IMG/VR virus record: IMGVR_UViG_3300037421_000106
From: a virus
Lineage: Duplodnaviria > Heunggongvirae > Uroviricota > Caudoviricetes
DNA length: 64,000 bases
Strand: one strand, 5' to 3'
The notes under the pieces were generated by a model. That model saw only the letters and a program-made list of their open reading frames with translations. It did not search any database and was not told where the DNA came from. A program made the translations under genes and the position numbers. Shown in pieces: positions 36,470-45,492 of the stretch; position 1 is the first letter of the stretch, and the number at the start of each line of letters is the position of its first letter.

Positions 36470-37333
36470 CTATCGCCTAACTGCGTCATCTCCACCACCG
36501 CCCCCGCCGCCACTCGGCGGAGAGACGTAATGCTGCTGCAGACCATTCCCCCAAATCGGAATGTAGGAGAAGAACGTAGCATTGTCGAGGATGCCGCAAT
36601 TGAATCCACCGCATCCCGAACCCGTGAACGTCACCAGATACGTTCCCGGCTGCAACACGTTCCCCGTGCTTTGGTTCAGGACCCATTCGTCGCACTGCAC
36701 CCAGGTGTTGCAGGCGTAGGTGGCGTGATTGAATTGCGCCACCGTCCCATCGCCCAAAAGAGCCGGCTGACCCGTCGAGACCCATTGCTGCAACATGCAA
36801 GGGGATCCGCCGCAGAAGCCCTGCCCCATCACCGGAACCGTGTTTCCGTTGGCATCAGTCGTAGTCTCCGGCACCGCCTGAACGATCGAGACTAGAGGCG
36901 CGCCATTAACGTCTGTTGCCGGCATGTATGTCAGATACGTCGGCGGAGGACATCCGCGCCCTGAACACACGCCTCGCCCTTCCTGACCGTACAACGTCCA
37001 CGGCATGTTGGTGATGACCCATCCGCCGCCAGCTGCCGTAGCTGCCGCGTCTGACGTGTAATAGCCGGAGAAACTGGCCTGGATAGCACCGGAGAAATCT
37101 TCAGTCACCAGAGGGTTGCCAGTGCCGCCAATGCGGAAAGTGGTCTGCGTGTATGTGCCGTTGACCAGTGCCCCTTGATAGATAGTCTCACGTCCGCTGT
37201 TACCCGCGGTGCTGATCTGCGGCGGAAACGGATTGGGGGTAGGACCCGCGCATGGCGCAGCGTGAGTGCACGTCTGCGCGAGCGCAAACGTCGAAAACAG
37301 CAATGCGAAACATCCTGCAATGAATTGCTTCAT
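36470..37333 (-). CDS. Secreted Cys-rich protein with poly-Gly C-terminus
   Basis: MKQFIAGCFALLFSTFALA-QTC signal peptide; many Cys; ends SGGGGGGGDDAVRR; own terminator. Confidence 0.45.
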   Translation of the reverse strand: MKQFIAGCFALLFSTFALAQTCTHAAPCAGPTPNPFPPQISTAGNSGRETIYQGALVNGTYTQTTFRIGGTGNPLVTEDFSGAIQASFSGYYTSDAAATAAGGGWVITNMPWTLYGQEGRGVCSGRGCPPPTYLTYMPATDVNGAPLVSIVQAVPETTTDANGNTVPVMGQGFCGGSPCMLQQWVSTGQPALLGDGTVAQFNHATYACNTWVQCDEWVLNQSTGNVLQPGTYLVTFTGSGCGGFNCGILDNATFFSYIPIWGNGLQQHYVSPPSGGGGGGGDDAVRR

Positions 37334-37438
37334 TTTCCCGCTTCCTTTATTCAACATCCCGAGAACCGCTCGGTACGGTGGTTCGATAGCCTGATCTTAC
37401 CCGAAATCAAAGTCAACTCATCCGATCGGTTGAGGGTG

Positions 37439-37464
37439 AAAAAAATCCCCGCATATGCGGGGAT
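37439..37464 (-). terminator. Rho-independent terminator (minus strand)
   Basis: ATCCCCGCA-TA-TGCGGGGAT hairpin followed on minus strand by TTTTTTTCACC. Confidence 0.65.
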
Positions 37465-37603
37465 TGTCAGTTGGTTGTCACCACGACTGTAACTGAGATC
37501 GGTATCGTGGCGTAAATGCGACGGTGTCTCCGTCTTTCTCGCCATCTCCGCCACTTGGGTGAGTACCGCCAGTTAAGCTCGCGGACTAGCCCAAGGACCG
37601 AGC

Positions 37604-37915
37604 TCACGACAACGTGACTGTCACGGACAGCGGAATCGTCGCCGTCACATTCGGCACCGTAAACGGCAGCGAGACCACCGCGGGGGCGGCCGGGCGGGCC
37701 GTTTGCGCGTCAATCCGTTCCGCCGAGATCGTGTAGGTGCCAGGGGCAACGTTGTTGAACGTGACCGACACTTGCGTGCCCGTGCCCGTGGTGTCTTGCC
37801 CACTTTGCGTGGACACGATCGCGCCGGTGCTGTCCAGCAGATTGAAGTTGACCGGCCCTACCAGACCCACGTTAACCGGGCTGCCGAGGCTGGCGACTGC
37901 GTTTGCATTCATCAT
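37604..37915 (-). CDS. Hypothetical protein (possible Ig-like fold)
   Basis: About 103 aa from MMNANAVASLG; T/S/V-rich beta-strand character. Confidence 0.3.
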   Translation of the reverse strand: MMNANAVASLGSPVNVGLVGPVNFNLLDSTGAIVSTQSGQDTTGTGTQVSVTFNNVAPGTYTISAERIDAQTARPAAPAVVSLPFTVPNVTATIPLSVTVTLS

Positions 37916-37987
37916 GGTGATTCCTTTCGAAGAAGTGAATCGAGAGTATGCCACGCTGCAGTGCAGCGTGGGGACCCTCTGATTCGA

Positions 37988-38155
37988 TTACAGCTTTTTC
38001 ACTGCTGATTGAGCAGCTGCCACATCGGCCTTGATCTTTTGAGCGATCATCGGATGCTTCGCCTGCACGAACACGCCAACCACGACAGCGGCTGCGTGAG
38101 TGCTGATCAGCAATGCGTTGGTAGCCAGAAATGCGTACACGGAACTGAACATGGG
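37988..38155 (-). CDS. Small membrane protein (55 aa), not in ORF track
   Basis: GGAG SD then MFSSVYAFLATNALLISTHAAAVVVGVFVQAKHPMIAQKIKADVAAAQSAVKKL*. Confidence 0.35.
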   Translation of the reverse strand, partial: PMFSSVYAFLATNALLISTHAAAVVVGVFVQAKHPMIAQKIKADVAAAQSAVKKL

Positions 38156-38334
38156 ATTCTCCCAAAAGAATGAGCCTGCGATGGTACTCCGAATTTGACT
38201 GTTGCGCGGATGCCACTTTCGCGTGTCAACTGTCTGGAAGTATCGACCCTGTATCCCGCCAGCAAGTGATATATGGTTACCAGTAGGTCTTTGGCTGATT
38301 GGCGGAACAGGACACCATAGTTCTAGACAGTCGA

Positions 38335-39981
38335 CTACACCTCATCCTCGTCAGGTAGATACCCCACGCGAGTGGGTGTCTCTCCGTCGGCGCGCTCGCG
38401 CACCAGGCCGTCGGTGAACTTGAATTGCGCCAGGCGTTGCACATTTGCAACAGCCTTCAGCTTCTCCAGCGTCTCTTCATCCGGAATGGCCAGCACCGCA
38501 TAGGCGTCAGCGCACGCGTCGACCCCGTCATCGTGGCGGCAGTCTGGGAACGGCCGGAAGTGATCCTTGACAGCGTCGGCGCAGTGTGCCATGACCGCGA
38601 CCCACCCCACGTTCAGCTGCGAGGCGAGTGGGTCTGCGCGTGTCTGTTTATCCGATCGCGCAGGGCGCTCCACAACTGTGTAACCGTCAAGCAGCTGTGT
38701 GATGGTCATGAATTGGTCGGTGCCTGCCTGGCCCGGCTCCACCGGCACCGCTATCTTCACGTCACGTCCGTCGCGATGTGCTGTTGCCTTCATCCGCGCC
38801 TTTACCTCATCCGGGCGCGCGCGAAACAGCATGAATTCCTCGATGACGTAGATGTGCACCTGGGGGTAGTACGCCAGCAGCACGCTCGCTGTGAAGTCGG
38901 GCTCGGTCCTACCCGCCTTGAGCTCACGCGCGGCCAGGTCCCATCCGCGGCAGGCTAGGCGAGGACCCGGCGGCCGCACCGTGATCACCGGCATAGCGTC
39001 GACCTTGAATGTCGTACCCGACACGTTGTACGGCTGCTGCATATACTGCGTGGCGAACTCCCACGGTTTCTGCAGGCGATACGCATGCAGCCACTCTGTA
39101 GTGGCGCCGCCTTCCCATCGCGAGTTGTCGTTCTCGTCGAGCGCGGTCAGAGTCAGGTTATGGAACTTGACGCCCAGGATGCTGGTCATGTCCTGACGCC
39201 CATGTTCATCTGGTAGATGAAGCTTCGAGAAAATGTCGTCCGTGGCGGCCCGCTGACCGATCACCAGGAACGGCGTGCGCGTCGTCTCGTTGCGTCGCGA
39301 GTTCACGACACCGCCGACGACGCTCAGCACTTCCTCCTTGCTGAGCTCGCTCTTGGCCTCCTGCAGTTTATGCAAGTCGTCCATGATCAGCGCGCCCGAG
39401 AAGCGATCGAGCACACCTTTGATGCCGACGCCGAAGCCCGTGATCTGGCCGTTGATGCCGACGAACTTCATGTTGCCGCCCTGCGTCGTCTTCGACACCT
39501 CCTTACTGTCGTTCTTCCGGTCGATGACGGTCCGCGGAAACAGCCGCTTGTACAGCGCTGATCCCATCATGTCGCGACGAATCAGGTCCGACGAGTCATT
39601 GGCCAGCTTCTCCGTCGAGCAGATATACATGATGTTACTGTCCGGGAAGCGCCCCATCCCGAACGCGATCCACATGCACACGATGTACGTCTTACCGAAC
39701 CGCGGCGGGATGTTGATGTCGGCGCCCAGGTACTTCCCCTCGAAGCACTGCTGTAAGAATTGCATGAGCGTCGTGTGGAACTCCTGCTCGTCAAACGGCC
39801 GCCCGTCGGAGAGCTCCATGTGCATCAGGTGCACGAAACTGCGGAAGTCCTGCCGGGCCATTGCCTCGCGCACGGCCTGGTGCTGCTCGGGCGTGAGTGC
39901 CTGCTCTGGCCCGGGCTCCTCGGGCGGCAAGACACCGTATGGCGTCACCTCCCACAGGATCGGATCATCTTGCAATCGCAT
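38335..39981 (-). CDS. Terminase large subunit
   Basis: Walker A-like PRFGKTY, DD-containing ATPase core (GALIMDDLHK), C-terminal nuclease-like region; preceded by TerS-like gene; start taken at MRLQDDP (upstream segment overlaps membrane-protein gene). Confidence 0.65.
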   Translation of the reverse strand: MRLQDDPILWEVTPYGVLPPEEPGPEQALTPEQHQAVREAMARQDFRSFVHLMHMELSDGRPFDEQEFHTTLMQFLQQCFEGKYLGADINIPPRFGKTYIVCMWIAFGMGRFPDSNIMYICSTEKLANDSSDLIRRDMMGSALYKRLFPRTVIDRKNDSKEVSKTTQGGNMKFVGINGQITGFGVGIKGVLDRFSGALIMDDLHKLQEAKSELSKEEVLSVVGGVVNSRRNETTRTPFLVIGQRAATDDIFSKLHLPDEHGRQDMTSILGVKFHNLTLTALDENDNSRWEGGATTEWLHAYRLQKPWEFATQYMQQPYNVSGTTFKVDAMPVITVRPPGPRLACRGWDLAARELKAGRTEPDFTASVLLAYYPQVHIYVIEEFMLFRARPDEVKARMKATAHRDGRDVKIAVPVEPGQAGTDQFMTITQLLDGYTVVERPARSDKQTRADPLASQLNVGWVAVMAHCADAVKDHFRPFPDCRHDDGVDACADAYAVLAIPDEETLEKLKAVANVQRLAQFKFTDGLVRERADGETPTRVGYLPDEDEV

Positions 39982-40253
39982 CAGAGGACCCAGACCAGCA
40001 CCGTCAGCGCGAATCCGATGCAGTAACCGCCGAAGTCGATCCACCCTGATTGAATTGACGCACCTTCTTCATGCAAGTCGAACCAGAACTCCTTCCACGC
40101 TGTGAACGCCACCGCGGCCGCGAGCCCGTACCAGCGCAGGCCGGGCAGCCAATGCGACCACAGCGCCAGCACCGTGAAGATCATGAACGCGTGCAGCTCC
40201 AACGACGTCGTGACGGGCGACAACATGTATTTCTTGAACCAATTCACGAACAT
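39981..40253 (-). CDS. Small integral membrane protein
   Basis: 90 aa with 3 hydrophobic segments between TerS and TerL. Confidence 0.4.
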   Translation of the reverse strand: MFVNWFKKYMLSPVTTSLELHAFMIFTVLALWSHWLPGLRWYGLAAAVAFTAWKEFWFDLHEEGASIQSGWIDFGGYCIGFALTVLVWVL

Positions 40254-40420
40254 AGTCTCACCTCTTTAGGGTCACACCACATTTCACCTTCGTCGAATCG
40301 AACAGCTATCAGATCGAACTCGACACGCGTCACCTCACCGCGGGCGCCGGCATGTAGGTACGGCAACCCGCAGCCTTCCGGCAACTTGATTATTTGAATC
40401 GTGTCGCCCACCTTGATCAT
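40250..40420 (-). CDS. Small hypothetical protein (56 aa), not in ORF track
   Basis: GGAG SD then MIKVGDTIQIIKLPEGCGLPYLHAGARGEVTRVEFDLIAVRFDEGEMWCDPKEVRL*. Confidence 0.3.
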
Positions 40421-40422
40421 GA

Positions 40423-41106
40423 TTAACTCCTAAGGATTGGATCGTCCGCCAGTCTAATTGGGGACGTAGTAGACGAGACCGAAACGGGCCTGCCCGTAAC
40501 GACCGTGGCGTCAGTGGCCCGCGCATTCATCGTCCGCAGCCACAGGGAGGCTGCGTGGTCGATCTGAGCCTGGGTCATCCCGGCCGCCGGATCAACCGGC
40601 GTGTCGACCTTCACGCGCGTGGGCGCGTCGATGCCCAGGAGCATGGCGCGTCGATGCCACAGCTTCAGCAGCAGGCCTATGGCTTCGTTCTGAGGCCCCT
40701 CGTCGACCATCTCCTCCAGGACCGGCTGTAGCTGCCCCGTGTTCACGTTGCGCTCCAACAGCACCTGGCCATCAGCGCCCTTCACCGGGATCATGACGAC
40801 CTGGCCGGCGTTCACCTTGATGTACTTGCGCTGCGTCTTCTTGAACAGCTGTGCCTCGACTTTGTCGTATTTCTCCAACTCCATCTCGCGAAACTCCTCG
40901 GCGGCCTGCGAGGGGTTGTCCTGCATGTAGCGCCTGATCATCTTGCTGCAGCCCGAGACGCTAAGCCCCAGCTGATCTGCGCATTCCTTAAGGGTAAGCC
41001 CCTTCAGGCGCAATTCCAGCACTTGCTTCGTTCGCTCGTTGCGCTCGATGGCCGCTACGGTAGTCTTCCCGTGAGAAGGAGCGTGTGGTGTGTGCGATGT
41101 TGACAT
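40423..41106 (-). CDS. Terminase small subunit (HTH-containing)
   Basis: 227 aa; N-terminal HTH-like LKGLTLKECADQLGLSVSGCSKMIRR; first gene of late operon, immediately upstream of membrane protein and TerL. Confidence 0.5.
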   Translation of the reverse strand: MSTSHTPHAPSHGKTTVAAIERNERTKQVLELRLKGLTLKECADQLGLSVSGCSKMIRRYMQDNPSQAAEEFREMELEKYDKVEAQLFKKTQRKYIKVNAGQVVMIPVKGADGQVLLERNVNTGQLQPVLEEMVDEGPQNEAIGLLLKLWHRRAMLLGIDAPTRVKVDTPVDPAAGMTQAQIDHAASLWLRTMNARATDATVVTGRPVSVSSTTSPIRLADDPILRS

Positions 41107-41224
41107 TTCAGGGCCTTGAATTATTTGAGAAATTTTGAAAATTTTGTAGCACTTTCGTCAATTGTAGCATGTCTATAGCCGAGCGCCCGATGCTTATCGC
41201 GACCCTGACCCTAAATCCGGTACC

Positions 41225-41430
41225 TTTTTTTGTGCAACGCATCATTAGTGAGCACTTACTCGTTGTATCGGCGCAACAATGTCGCATTTCTGCCATGCAG
41301 CAAATGACGCAATGCAGCAAATGTTGCATTTGCGCCACTGTCGCATTTTGGAGACACAATGTCGCATTTTAGAGACATGTATCATTTGTGCCACTGTTGC
41401 GCATTCGCAACATTTGCTGCATTTCGGCGT
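41225..41430. promoter_or_regulatory. Divergent control region: array of ~10 GCAAATG/CATTTGC half-sites plus palindromes (iteron/operator-like)
   Basis: TGTCGCATTT x3; perfect palindromes GCAAATG-TTG-CATTTGC (about 41308-41324) and TGTTGCG-CATT-CGCAACA (about 41394-41411); lies between late operon start and first early gene. Confidence 0.5.
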
Positions 41431-41651
41431 TTGCGGGAGAGGGCGGCCGTTCGTCTGGTAGCCCTACAGTCAGAGACGAAAATGTGGCATGTGTCGGGCT
41501 ATCACGCGACGATTGCCACGGGTTCGGTTTTGTAGTAGACTGTCCGTATGTATAGGGTTTGCATTCCCCAGCTAGGACAGTATTTAACCCAAGGGGTTGT
41601 TTTGCTGACCGGGGGAAACGGAAAGCCGTTCATAAGGACAGTAGGCTACAT

Positions 41652-42455
41652 ATGACAGAATTGCTCGAACAGCTACTAGCACCGCACGACGTAATTCCGG
41701 CCCCTTGGGTGTCGCAAATGTTGCGCACGTTGGGATTGCCAAAGCTACATACTCGCGCGCTTACCGACGCTATGAGCGCCGCGGGATTCGAGCGGATCGA
41801 TCGCCCTCGGCTAGGCGCAATGGTGAACAGCGCGTATCGGGGTCGACGCTTTGATACTAGGTCGTGGCCTATACCCGGGGTAGGTCACTGCACTGTCTAC
41901 GTGCGAAATACCGCGGGTGACGCTGAAACGATGGTTCGCAAATACGGGCAAAATATCCCGATCCGTGGTCATGCGGCGCGGGTGTTTCAATGGCTCGATA
42001 CGTTCCCGCGCAAACCTGATGGGCGTCAAACCCGGTTCGAGGATAAACCAGGACGGCGCACGTTGGCGCGTCTGGCAATGGGTGAGATTCTCTATCATGC
42101 TAAACGTTCAGCAGCAAAGGGCGGAAAGCGCGGGCCGGCGCGAGCGACAATCTGTCGCGTTTGCGGGGTCAATCCGCCTACCCATGCGGGTGCGCGATGC
42201 AAAGAGTGTTTGTTGGTATGGCGCCGTGCATTCGACTATCCAGCGCAACGCATCAAACCCGCAAGTGACGCAAGCGCGCCAGTGATCCCCCTTGGACGCA
42301 AGCGGGCGCTCGCGCGTCAGACGGCGCGTATCGAGTCAGAGCGACAAGTGGCAGAGGGCCGCGCATTTGCTGCTGATCTGGCGCGCCGACGCGCCGCGGG
42401 TGAGGCAATCCCGCCCCCTGTCAAACCTTACTGGGTTAGTGACAATGACACGTAG
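41652..42455 (+). CDS. Hypothetical early protein with C-terminal Cys4 ribbon (CRVC...CKEC)
   Basis: First gene rightward of control region; start at MTELLEQ with AGGA SD; ORF-track start 41559 is probably too early. Confidence 0.4.
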   Translation: MTELLEQLLAPHDVIPAPWVSQMLRTLGLPKLHTRALTDAMSAAGFERIDRPRLGAMVNSAYRGRRFDTRSWPIPGVGHCTVYVRNTAGDAETMVRKYGQNIPIRGHAARVFQWLDTFPRKPDGRQTRFEDKPGRRTLARLAMGEILYHAKRSAAKGGKRGPARATICRVCGVNPPTHAGARCKECLLVWRRAFDYPAQRIKPASDASAPVIPLGRKRALARQTARIESERQVAEGRAFAADLARRRAAGEAIPPPVKPYWVSDNDT

Positions 42456-42473
42456 CTCTAAGAGGGTGATAGG

Positions 42474-42752
42474 GTGAGCGCCGCTCTGACGCCGATTGCT
42501 CGTTACCGCGCCGCCGTGGCTACGGTGCGACAGCGCGCTACATTGCCACGGGTGATAGATGCGCCGCTCCTGGAGTGCTTGGACGCGGGGCGCGCCTTCT
42601 GCTTCCTGCGGACCCTGGATAATGTCGAGAGGGTCGCACTGCGTCAGACGTGGGAACAGCATCGGCGCGACACGTGGGCAGCTGACGCAATTGCCCGGTA
42701 TCGAGACATCCGACACATGGCGCTAGGCCAGCATGTGGACACGACGGCATAG
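42474..42752 (+). CDS. Hypothetical protein
   Basis: 92-aa ORF (GTG start). Confidence 0.3.
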   Translation: MSAALTPIARYRAAVATVRQRATLPRVIDAPLLECLDAGRAFCFLRTLDNVERVALRQTWEQHRRDTWAADAIARYRDIRHMALGQHVDTTA

Positions 42753-42852
42753 GCGACAGACGGTAGGTTTGACCCGACGAACGGCGTCATGTTGCAGTGC
42801 ATTCTGTCCGATAATGCATGTGTAGCGCAACCACTCACTCGGAGTCATTCAA

Positions 42853-43467
42853 ATGGCACGTATCAGCAAACCCCGCAAGTCAATCACGACCATGTGGACG
42901 GACCCCCACACGGGAGTCCAATACACGGTTCAAGCGCAACACGCTTTGAGCGCTGCCGAAATGCGCGAAATGTGTGTATGGACCGCGCGATTGCAAGATG
43001 ACTTGCGTAGCGGCGCGAAGCAGATGATCACAACCCCGCACGACGCAAGCGCCGAAACTCCCGCATATATCATGCAGGGGAAGGTTGACGCCATCATGGA
43101 CAATCGCAGCAACCTGAAAGGGCGCGCTATCGGTCAATACCTGGATACGGTTGCGCGCAAGATGATGCAACAGCCGGTTCAACAGCAACAGTCGCAAGCG
43201 CGTGCTGACCGCTATGCAGAATTCGAATGGACCCCGCAAGCTACGTCACTGCTGGCGGATCGGTTCGAGCGTATGCCGCATGCGGGTGACCGGGTAGTGA
43301 TCGGGAATGCCCCGCACATGGTCTTGGAAGTGTGGAGCGCATTCGGGCAGACGCGTATGCGCGCCCAATGCGTCATCGGTATGGAAGGGGTACGCACATT
43401 CGAGCGGATCGCTCGCAATCAATGGCGCGCATTCCAAGACCCAAGTGCGCCAGTGTTCAGCCTGTAA
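42853..43467 (+). CDS. Hypothetical protein (poly-Gln stretch)
   Basis: 204-aa ORF. Confidence 0.4.
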   Translation: MARISKPRKSITTMWTDPHTGVQYTVQAQHALSAAEMREMCVWTARLQDDLRSGAKQMITTPHDASAETPAYIMQGKVDAIMDNRSNLKGRAIGQYLDTVARKMMQQPVQQQQSQARADRYAEFEWTPQATSLLADRFERMPHAGDRVVIGNAPHMVLEVWSAFGQTRMRAQCVIGMEGVRTFERIARNQWRAFQDPSAPVFSL

Positions 43468-43489
43468 CCCTCACTTGGAGACACACAAT

Positions 43490-43706
43490 CATGCACGGCA
43501 CAATCGTCAGTAAGGTTCGCGTCACTCTGTCCGACGGGTCACATGTGTTTGACGTGGTTATGTCCCGCCCGGGCGCTGAAATGGTTCGGTTCAATTGTCC
43601 TGATGAACCGGACGCAGATTCGTTCGTTACGGGTTTACATACGCTCCTCAACTATCACACGCTAGACTGCGCGCATCGTGGTCTTGACCGTGAGGAGAAT
43701 TGCTAA
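43490..43706 (+). CDS. Small hypothetical protein
   Basis: GGAGA SD; MHGTIVSKVRVTLSDG...; 72 aa; stop overlaps next start. Confidence 0.35.
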
Positions 43707-44704
43707 TGAACAAGTACGAATTGATCGGCGAACCGAATGAATGCGGATTGCGGCGCATTCGGTATCTGTCGGACGGTAGTTTAGGGGGATGGCTGGAAAG
43801 CGAAACGAATTTGTCGCAATCAGGCGATGCCCGCGTGTTCGGCGATGCCCGCGTGTACGGCAATGCCCGCGTGTTAGGTAATGCCCGCGTGTACGGCAAT
43901 GCCCGCGTGTTAGGTAATGCCCGCGTGTTCGACAATGCCTGCGTGTTAGGTAATGCCCGCGTGTTCGGCAATGCCCGCGTGTTCGGCAATGCCCGCGTGT
44001 TAGGCACTGTCGAGGTGTTCGACAGTGCCCGCGTGTTCGGCAATGCCCGCGTGTTAGGCAATGCCCGCGTGTACGGCGATGCCCGCGTGTACGGCAATGC
44101 CGAGGTGTTCGACAATGCCCGCGTGTTAGGCACTGTCGAGGTGTACGACGATGCCCACGTGTTCGGCGATGCCCGCGTGTTCGGCGATGCCAGCGTGTTC
44201 GACAATGCCCGCGTGTTCGGCAATGCCCGCGTGTACGACGATGCCAGCGTGTTCGGCAATGCCTGCGTGTTAGGCACTGTCGAGGTGTTCGACAATGCCC
44301 GCGTGTTAGGCACTGTCGAGGTGTTCGACAGTGCCCGCGTGTTCGGCGATGCCAGCGTGTTCGGCAATGCCCGCGTGTTCGGCAATGCCCACATGTACGA
44401 CGATGCCCGCGTGTACGGCGATGCCCGCGTGTACGGCAATGCCGAGGTGTTCGACAATGCCCGCGTGTTCGGCAATGCCGAGGTGTCGAAAACCCCCATT
44501 TGTTTGAGTGGTTTACAGTGGTATATTACGATAACCGAAAATCACATGTTTATTGGGTGCCAAGGTCACACACATGCCGAATGGGCGTCATTTGACGATG
44601 ACACTATCAAACGCATGGATGTTCGGCATGCGCTCAAATTTTGGAAAGACAACGCGCGTATTCTTCTCACTCTTTGCGAGCGTCAAGCAAATGCCGCACT
44701 TTAG
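43700..44704 (+). CDS. Hexapeptide-repeat (left-handed beta-helix-like) protein; ~37 tandem NARV[FYL]G repeats
   Basis: 334 aa; unique N-terminus (50 aa) and C-terminus (~55 aa, Cys/His-containing) flank a perfectly periodic 6-aa repeat A-R-V-[FYL]-G-[ND], encoded by 18-bp tandem DNA repeats GGCAATGCCCGCGTGTTC (about 43800-44490). Confidence 0.55.
   Translation: MLMNKYELIGEPNECGLRRIRYLSDGSLGGWLESETNLSQSGDARVFGDARVYGNARVLGNARVYGNARVLGNARVFDNACVLGNARVFGNARVFGNARVLGTVEVFDSARVFGNARVLGNARVYGDARVYGNAEVFDNARVLGTVEVYDDAHVFGDARVFGDASVFDNARVFGNARVYDDASVFGNACVLGTVEVFDNARVLGTVEVFDSARVFGDASVFGNARVFGNAHMYDDARVYGDARVYGNAEVFDNARVFGNAEVSKTPICLSGLQWYITITENHMFIGCQGHTHAEWASFDDDTIKRMDVRHALKFWKDNARILLTLCERQANAAL
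43800..44490. repeat. 18-bp tandem repeat array (about 37 copies) inside 43700-44704
   Basis: Consensus gGcaATGCCCGCGTGTtc repeated head-to-tail with point variants (CGAGGTG, CAGCGTG, TACGAC variants). Confidence 0.85.
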
Positions 44705-44924
44705 CGTTACCCATGCCGTACCGGGCGCCGTGGTTGAATCGATCGTCTTGGATGCACCCACGGCAGGGGCCGCTTGCACGCTGGCCGCAGAGTGGCTATC
44801 CGTGCCCTTCCCGGACATTCTAGTGGGACAGGTAACGCTAGAGTCAGTGCGACAGATCAGCGACCGCGAAGCGTGGTCACCCGTAACCGACGAACGGCAG
44901 GTTCTACCCGACGAACGGGCTTGA
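44691..44924 (+). CDS. Hypothetical protein
   Basis: 77 aa from MPHFSVTHAV; start overlaps upstream stop. Confidence 0.3.
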   Translation: MPHFSVTHAVPGAVVESIVLDAPTAGAACTLAAEWLSVPFPDILVGQVTLESVRQISDREAWSPVTDERQVLPDERA

Positions 44925-45037
44925 TTGCTGCACCGCACACGCCGATAATATAGGTATCACTTCGGAGCGCGCAAAATGTCAATCACTGTACTTCTGATTA
45001 CTGCGGCAATCGAGCTAGCCCTTTGGGTGCGTCGATA

Positions 45038-45277
45038 ATGGCGACTTACAAGTATCGCGGGTATACGCTCAAGTCTGAAGGGCGCCATAGCGGATGCTCA
45101 GTGTTTGATCCGACTGGCGTAGATGTTACCCGCAAAGTTACCGGGTACAGTTACGTATGGTCGCTGCAAATAGCGCGCGATTGGATTGATAGCCGGCCCG
45201 ATGCGTTGCCTCGCGTGATTCGCACTCGCGCAGTCGTTAAGATCAAGACCCCGCGTGTTGTGTCGGATGGCGCATAA
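45038..45277 (+). CDS. Hypothetical protein
   Basis: MATYKYRGYTLKSEGRH...; ~79 aa. Confidence 0.35.
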   Translation: MATYKYRGYTLKSEGRHSGCSVFDPTGVDVTRKVTGYSYVWSLQIARDWIDSRPDALPRVIRTRAVVKIKTPRVVSDGA

Positions 45278-45492
45278 TGGACAATCAAGGTACCGGCCTT
45301 ATGGCCACAATGCCCGACATGCTGCCGGCGCTGCAACAGACGCACGCGGCCAAGGTCGCTGAATACGCAGTCGGCCCCGTCAGCTTAGGTGATCTGTTGC
45401 ATGTCCACATGCTGCGGGATCTGGCGCGCGGTATCGAAGTGACTGAGCGGCCAGCATCATGGTTCGAACACTTGATGGGGCGCCCATCATGA
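45277..45492 (+). CDS. Hypothetical protein
   Basis: 71-aa ORF. Confidence 0.3.
   Translation: MDNQGTGLMATMPDMLPALQQTHAAKVAEYAVGPVSLGDLLHVHMLRDLARGIEVTERPASWFEHLMGRPS

Noticed and set aside
39275-40105. 276-aa plus-strand ORF
   Set aside because: Antisense to terminase large subunit; Ser/Arg/Cys-rich spurious translation
43800-44490. Possible CRISPR array because of regular short repeats
   Set aside because: Repeats are contiguous 18-bp units without spacers and sit in-frame inside a coding sequence; no cas genes
43648-44499. 283-aa minus-strand ORF (NTRALSNT... repeats) across the 18-bp repeat array
   Set aside because: Antisense reading of the same tandem repeat; the plus-strand ORF has unique flanking domains and is co-directional with all neighbouring early genes
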